A stretch of 64,000 nt of DNA, taken from contig CP067995.1 of assembly GCA_045159875.1 (NCBI GenBank), positions 1,824,001 to 1,888,000 on the forward strand. The letters run 5' to 3'. The position numbers were made by a program, and so were the translations under genes. The notes under the pieces were generated by a model, which did no database searches, had not been told where the DNA came from, and saw only the letters and a program-made list of their open reading frames with translations. Shown one piece after another: positions 58,629-64,000 of this stretch; within the stretch, counting starts at the first letter, position 1; each line of letters opens with the position of its first letter. The DNA is from a cyanobacterium endosymbiont of Rhopalodia gibba (GTDB lineage Bacteria > Cyanobacteriota > Cyanobacteriia > Cyanobacteriales > Microcystaceae).

Positions 58629-59561
58629 GTGTTTTTTAGCGTTGTTATTCCTACCTATAATCGAAAACCTATCCTAGAAAAGTGCCTAAGAGCCTTAGAA
58701 AATCAACAATTAACTGATGATAAAGTAAGTAACTATGAAGTCATCTTAGTTGACGATGGCTCGACGGATAATACTCTAGAATGGCTAGCAGAAAATACCG
58801 CAGGATTCCCTCATGTGCGTCTTTTTATTCAAAATCATCTGGGTCCTGCCGCAGCGAGAAATTTAGGGATAGAAAAAGCACAAGGTGATACAATTATATT
58901 CATTGATAGTGATCTAGTTGTAACTGATACATTCATCCAGTCCCATGCGAATGCTTTAATCACAGGAGAAAAAGAATTAGGAAATAAGAAATTATTTACC
59001 TACGGTGCGGTGATTAACACTTGTAATTTTGATAATCCTACCTCAGAACCTTATAAAATCACTGATTTTTCTGCAGCCTATTTTGCTACTGGAAATGTAG
59101 CAATTGCCCGTGAATGGTTAGAAAAAGTAGGAGTTTTCGATACGAGATTTCAACTTTACGGATGGGAAGATTTAGAATTAGGGGTGCGACTAAAAAAACT
59201 AGGATTAAAATTAGTTAAGTGTCCCAAAGCAGTTGGTTACCATTGGCATCCATCTTTTAATTTGGAGCAAATTCCCAGCCTGATCGACAAAGAAATTCAA
59301 CGTGGAAAGATGGGAATTCTTTTTTACCAGAAACATCCCACATGGGAGGTTAGATTGATGATCCAAATGACTTGGTTACATCGTTTATTATGGGGATTTT
59401 TATCTTTAGAAGGCAGTCTTAATGAACGTACGCTTGCACCTGTTTTGCAATGGTTAATTGATCAAGGAAAACCGCAACTCGCCCTAGAAATCGCTCGAAT
59501 CTTTCTAAATTGGTACAATGTCCGCGGAGTTTATACTGCTTATCGAGAATTACAAACCTAA
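58629..59561 (+). CDS. Glycosyltransferase family 2 (likely GTG start 58629)
   Basis: SVVIPTYNR, VDDGSTD, ARNLG, FIDSD, GWEDLELG. Confidence 0.9.
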   Translation: MFFSVVIPTYNRKPILEKCLRALENQQLTDDKVSNYEVILVDDGSTDNTLEWLAENTAGFPHVRLFIQNHLGPAAARNLGIEKAQGDTIIFIDSDLVVTDTFIQSHANALITGEKELGNKKLFTYGAVINTCNFDNPTSEPYKITDFSAAYFATGNVAIAREWLEKVGVFDTRFQLYGWEDLELGVRLKKLGLKLVKCPKAVGYHWHPSFNLEQIPSLIDKEIQRGKMGILFYQKHPTWEVRLMIQMTWLHRLLWGFLSLEGSLNERTLAPVLQWLIDQGKPQLALEIARIFLNWYNVRGVYTAYRELQT

Positions 59562-59920
59562 TTAAGTGGTATATAAGGCTTATAGATTTTAGTCAAATTC
59601 CTCATCTAAAATATAACCATTAAGGTCAAAGTTGGAACAGACTTAACTCTTAAAATTCAGTCGGAAACTAAGTCGTAAACGTCGTAAACTAATTTACTCT
59701 TGTGTTTTCTACTTTCTCTCTTCTCCATTTTGGATAAATGGTTTTAAAGTTAATATAAAAACTTTCGTTACAAATAGGCTGATGAAAACGCCGATGTCCG
59801 AGATCATTGAAATATTAGCAGCTATTGTCAAAGTTTGTTAAAAACTAAGCTGTTCTGGAAGTGATAACTTATTGATTAAAGTGAAACTTCTGGGCATATT
59901 GTAAATTAATTACCCCTATT

Positions 59921-61021
59921 TTGGAGACGATAATGAGTATTGCGATTGGCATTGTTGTAGGTTTGATTATCGGAGGAGTTATCGGTATTTTTCTATCAAC
60001 CTCCTCCAAGGAGCGCAAACTTGAAGTTCAATTAGAAAGAAGTACAAAAGCTCTAAAAGAAGCTGAAATACTTCAGCAACAACAAGCACAAGAAATCAAA
60101 GAACTACGTCAATCTCCATCGCAGATGCAAGAGATTGAACAATCTTATCAAATTAAAATACGAGCAATCGAGCAATCCTATCAGGAACGTTCGGAAGAAC
60201 TGTCTCAGGCTAAAACTAGATTAAGTGAATTAGAACAGAACGAACGACAAAAAATCCAAAAAATTCGACAAGCTTATCAAACTCAACTTGAGGGACTAGA
60301 ACAAACCTATCAAGCCAGACTTCAAGAAACGCTGCAACAAATGCAAAGGTTTGCTCCAGTATTAGAAACTAATCAGGCACACATCCAACAAATTGAGCAA
60401 ACTTATCAAACTCAACTGCAAGAACAGCAACAAGCTCATCAGCAAGCTATTAACGAGTTAGAAAAAGCCTATGACGAAGGAGACTTTGCCCTAGACGATT
60501 GGAGGGACCAAGAAACTTCTGGTACCTTAAACTCGGGAAGTTTATTAGAAGAAATCGTATCAGCCTCTGATACTGAGGGATTGCAACCCATAGGAGAACT
60601 GCCAGACTTTCCTAAAATAAATCCTGATAGTTTACCAGAAGACTTGCTCCATGACACCACTGAAGCTCTATCATTAGAGCAAACTGAAGAAAAAAACCAG
60701 AAAAGAGTTTCTGACTTGTTTCAACAAAAAAAATCTGACGATCTAGACTTTTTTGAGATGTTATCTACTGATGAAGAAACGAGTGGAGACTTATCGGAGG
60801 TTTTCACAAAAGACAAAAAAAATCCTTATGTCGGTTTCTTTGAGTCAGAAACCAAAGAGACAACTCGCGACTCTGATGAAATCTTTTCCAGTTTTTTAGA
60901 TACAGAAGAGTCTGAGGAAAACTTAACGAACTTGTTACAAACAGATGACGAAAACAAGTCTCAACAAAGAAATCTGTTTGAGCAGACTAACAACAATAAT
61001 CAGAATGACATAATCAAATAA
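59921..61021 (+). CDS. Hypothetical protein: N-terminal TM, Gln-rich coiled coil, acidic tail
   Basis: Intact 366-aa ORF; IAIGIVVGLIIGGVIGIFL TM; repeated EQxYQ. Confidence 0.75.
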   Translation: METIMSIAIGIVVGLIIGGVIGIFLSTSSKERKLEVQLERSTKALKEAEILQQQQAQEIKELRQSPSQMQEIEQSYQIKIRAIEQSYQERSEELSQAKTRLSELEQNERQKIQKIRQAYQTQLEGLEQTYQARLQETLQQMQRFAPVLETNQAHIQQIEQTYQTQLQEQQQAHQQAINELEKAYDEGDFALDDWRDQETSGTLNSGSLLEEIVSASDTEGLQPIGELPDFPKINPDSLPEDLLHDTTEALSLEQTEEKNQKRVSDLFQQKKSDDLDFFEMLSTDEETSGDLSEVFTKDKKNPYVGFFESETKETTRDSDEIFSSFLDTEESEENLTNLLQTDDENKSQQRNLFEQTNNNNQNDIIK

Positions 61022-61361
61022 CAATAACCTGACAAGCGATGAGAAATCGGAGCAAGATTATAATCTAAAGAGATTCTGAAATCTTTGACAACAGACTCCC
61101 CTTCCTAGATATTTGTTATAGATATTTAATTCCCAGGAGAAAGTTTCTGGGATTTTTTGCTCATTAGGAAATTTGCAATTGAATCTTTTCAAGATATTTA
61201 TTGGCAATCTAACGAATTAACGTTATGATTAACCAGTCATAATTGTAGTTATAATTGTCCTCAACTCAAAAAACTAACATTTCAAGCCTAGCGCGTTTAA
61301 GATAGACTGCCTCACTAGACAATTACTCTTCCTCAACGCTTATGGTCTAGGATTAAAACAC

Positions 61362-62804
61362 TTGATACCTTTACTGTCTGATGTCATTACTGCTGTGCCT
61401 ATTCACCGCCAGCCTCCTTTTGATAAAAACACACCAACCTGTGGTCTCAAAACCGATACCACTCCTGTTTTTGCTCTGAAAGAACTTGTTGCCAATCTTT
61501 ATCGAGAACAAAATAAAATTCAAAACTTATTAAGTTCCCTAGGGTTTGCCCTACGAAGTTTTAATAATCTCAATCAGTTTTTAGAACTTACCCCTTTGAT
61601 GACAGCACGGGTGACTGATGCTGATGGAAGTGCTTTGATTCTCTATAAAGCAAATGGTAAAGTCTCTTTAGAACAGTTACATTGTCAAAATCATCAAATC
61701 GAGTTGGAGATTCAAGAAGTCCTGACTCGCATCATTAATCAGGCTAACAGTAACGCCTCAGTTACTCGCAACCTGGCAGTTTCCTTAGACGAACAAATTA
61801 GCCATGAAATGGGGACAAAAATTCGTCTGTATAATACGTCAATTTTAGTTAAAAATATAGAACGGGGGCGGCTTTACGTTTTTAGTGCTAATCCTCAATA
61901 TATTTGGACCCAAACCCGACGAAGATTACTACAATTGGTGGCTGATCAAACAGCTGTTGCTATTGCTAATAATGAGTTAACGGTAGAACTACGATCCAAA
62001 GAACGACAGGATCGCGAATTGGAAATTGCTGCTGAAATTCAATTACGTTTACTGCCACGCAAATACCCAAGTATTCATGGCGTAGAGTTAGCTGCCCATT
62101 GTCAAACAGCTAACCGGGTTGGAGGTGACTACTATGATTTTATCCCAACTAACTATGATCAACTCCGTCAAGATCAAGACAACAAAGGGCAAGCATTAGC
62201 TCATTGCGTTCCGTGGAGTATTGTCATTGGAGATGTGATGGGAAAAGGAGTTCCTGCTGGGTTGATCATGACTATGACGAGAGGAATGCTTAGGGCAGAG
62301 GTATTAAACCGTAACTCCCCTGGACAAATCCTCCAACATCTCAACCGAGTCATGTACTCTGATTTAGAGAACTCTAATCGGTTTGTAACACTGTTTTATT
62401 CAGAGTATGATCCCAAAACTTGTATTCTCTCTTTTAGCAATGCAGCCCACAACCCTCCTCTGCGATGGCAGTACGCTACACAAGAGATTGAACGACTCGA
62501 TACCGAAGGAATGTTAATTGGATTAGATCCTAATTCTGAGTATGGGGATGGACGGGTTCAGTTAACTCCAGGGGATATTGTCCTTTATTACACTGATGGA
62601 CTAACTGATGCGGTTAACCTAAAAGGTGATCGCTTTAATGAAGACAATTTGATTGCTGCCTTTCAAGCGGCTTGTCACGAATGTGATAGTCCCCAGACTA
62701 TTCTCAATTATTTATTTAAAGCGGTTGAGCAGTTTATTGGGACAGGAAATAATAACAGTGACGATATGACTTTGGTCGTCATGCAGGTGAAATTATTGGA
62801 GTAA
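61362..62804 (+). CDS. GAF - PP2C/SpoIIE (RsbU-like) phosphatase
   Basis: VGGDYYDF, IGDVMGKG, YTDG, DDMT; GAF-like N-terminal half. Confidence 0.92.
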   Translation: MIPLLSDVITAVPIHRQPPFDKNTPTCGLKTDTTPVFALKELVANLYREQNKIQNLLSSLGFALRSFNNLNQFLELTPLMTARVTDADGSALILYKANGKVSLEQLHCQNHQIELEIQEVLTRIINQANSNASVTRNLAVSLDEQISHEMGTKIRLYNTSILVKNIERGRLYVFSANPQYIWTQTRRRLLQLVADQTAVAIANNELTVELRSKERQDRELEIAAEIQLRLLPRKYPSIHGVELAAHCQTANRVGGDYYDFIPTNYDQLRQDQDNKGQALAHCVPWSIVIGDVMGKGVPAGLIMTMTRGMLRAEVLNRNSPGQILQHLNRVMYSDLENSNRFVTLFYSEYDPKTCILSFSNAAHNPPLRWQYATQEIERLDTEGMLIGLDPNSEYGDGRVQLTPGDIVLYYTDGLTDAVNLKGDRFNEDNLIAAFQAACHECDSPQTILNYLFKAVEQFIGTGNNNSDDMTLVVMQVKLLE

Positions 62805-63678
62805 GTCTTATTTGTGGAAGATTTTTTAATGGCACTGTTTTATCCCACTATAAATCTGGGAATGATAGCCCTGTTTGCTTGGCATAACAGTTTATCTCTG
62901 GCTGCACACCAACACGCTTTTAAGAACTCGGTCAACAAATACTTTAAGTAATTAGATCAAGTAAAAGTTAGTGAAACTGACTAACAACATTTTACTTTGT
63001 AAGCATTTTTTGATTAAAACAATTAACGAGCAACTTAAAAATATCTCTGGAATTGGACATTAGAGAGATTAAAGTGTTTGAAACTGTTTTGTTAATCCTT
63101 TTTAAACTTACAGCTTAATACCTACTTATCAGAAAACCATTCTCTCGATTGATAGTCAAAAGATAAGTCAGCTTTCATTCCTTGTTGTTTGGCACTACCA
63201 TTGCAGTCTTAATTGTTAGCAGTTACTATCCCGGATAAGCGTAGATATTCTCGTCTTTTAATTTAGATATTGAGAATAACAACCGTGTTTTTAAATCTCG
63301 TTAAACTAACATTAAGTTAGACTGTCTCGTGCCTCAAAGTATTTTCAATACTCACATTAAAGTATTGAAAATACTGACAGTTTGGAAAATTTCAATCATT
63401 AAAAATCTTATCAAGTTCGGTCGAGTTTGGATTTTGAATATTGAATTTGTTCTAGGATATATGTTTAGAATCTTTACTGGTGGTTAAACTCTTTATTTTT
63501 AGTCAACGGCCGATAATAAACCAATGGCTGACTAATGATAACGGATAATCTCATATAAAGAATATTGCTCTCGGATTAATGAAGTACAACACATTAGGTT
63601 CAAAATTTATGATCCATTAGGGTTTAATTTATTTATTTCTGACAACAATTTTTGATTTTTGCGACCTAGGGGGTTACT

Positions 63679-64000
63679 GTGACTAAACAAAAAAAGTGGA
63701 GTGAGCGCTTTGAAGGCAATCTTCATCCTTCCATTGTTCGATTTAACGCCAGTATTAGCTTTGATATCGAATTACTTGAATATGATTTAACAGGTTCTAT
63801 TGCCCATGCCAAAATGTTAGCTCATACAGGAATTATTCCTGAGAGTGAAGCACAACAATTAGTGCAAGGATTAGAAAAAATTCGTCAAGAACATCATAAT
63901 GGAGAATTTACTCCTGGAATTGACCAAGAGGATGTTCATTTTGCGGTAGAAAACCGTTTAACAGAGATTGTAGGGGATGTCGGCAAAAAACTTCACACAG
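63679..64000 (+). CDS. argH: Argininosuccinate lyase, 5' part (runs off the window; absent from the ORF track)
   Basis: GTG start; [59 protein letters not shown]. Confidence 0.94.
   Translation, partial: MTKQKKWSERFEGNLHPSIVRFNASISFDIELLEYDLTGSIAHAKMLAHTGIIPESEAQQLVQGLEKIRQEHHNGEFTPGIDQEDVHFAVENRLTEIVGDVGKKLHT

Noticed and set aside
1836..60660. Short ORFs overlapping real genes (e.g. 3994-4176, 8243-8434, 13153-13371, 36329-36625, 40851-41138, 52421-52726, 53464-54255, 60469-60660)
   Set aside because: Antisense or alternative-frame shadows with no recognisable motifs.
1..64000. CRISPR array, cas, defence, retron or prophage genes
   Set aside because: No regularly spaced repeat-spacer array and no cas, reverse transcriptase, integrase or phage structural genes were seen.

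Overview
AT-rich cyanobacterial chromosome segment. Proteins resemble those of unicellular Cyanothece/Rippkaea-type cyanobacteria. Only about half of the window is intact CDS (about 31.5 kb by my sum); the rest is long AT-rich spacer containing recognisable gene ruins. This fits a genome-reducing endosymbiont, most plausibly a rhopalodiacean diatom spheroid body (diazoplast); that assignment is inference. Intact genes: ClC-CBS-USP channel, NAD kinase, wecB, lptA-lptB-lptF/G, ABC ATPase, hpnA, yebC, proA, speE, cbiG-cobJ fusion, thrC, ndhN, peptide ABC permease, apt, DUF3038/DUF4335, speD, glpK, Pta-N/DRTGG protein, selO, MPBQ/MSBQ methyltransferase, mrdA, GT2, GAF-PP2C and the 5' part of argH, plus tRNA-Arg(ACG), tRNA-Gly(TCC) and tmRNA. 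Manual translation of the spacers shows pseudogenes missed by the ORF track: ppsA, a second PEP-utilising enzyme, ebsA, a SAM methyltransferase, a holin-like membrane protein, two IS630 transposase relics and several unassigned ruins. I found no CRISPR array, defence island or clearly novel multi-gene system. The most notable signals are: loss of two PEP-utilising enzymes while glycerol kinase is kept; long near-perfect palindromes in the decayed DNA; a 10-aa tandem duplication in NdhN; and a retained orphan membrane-anchored protein with 11-residue repeats.
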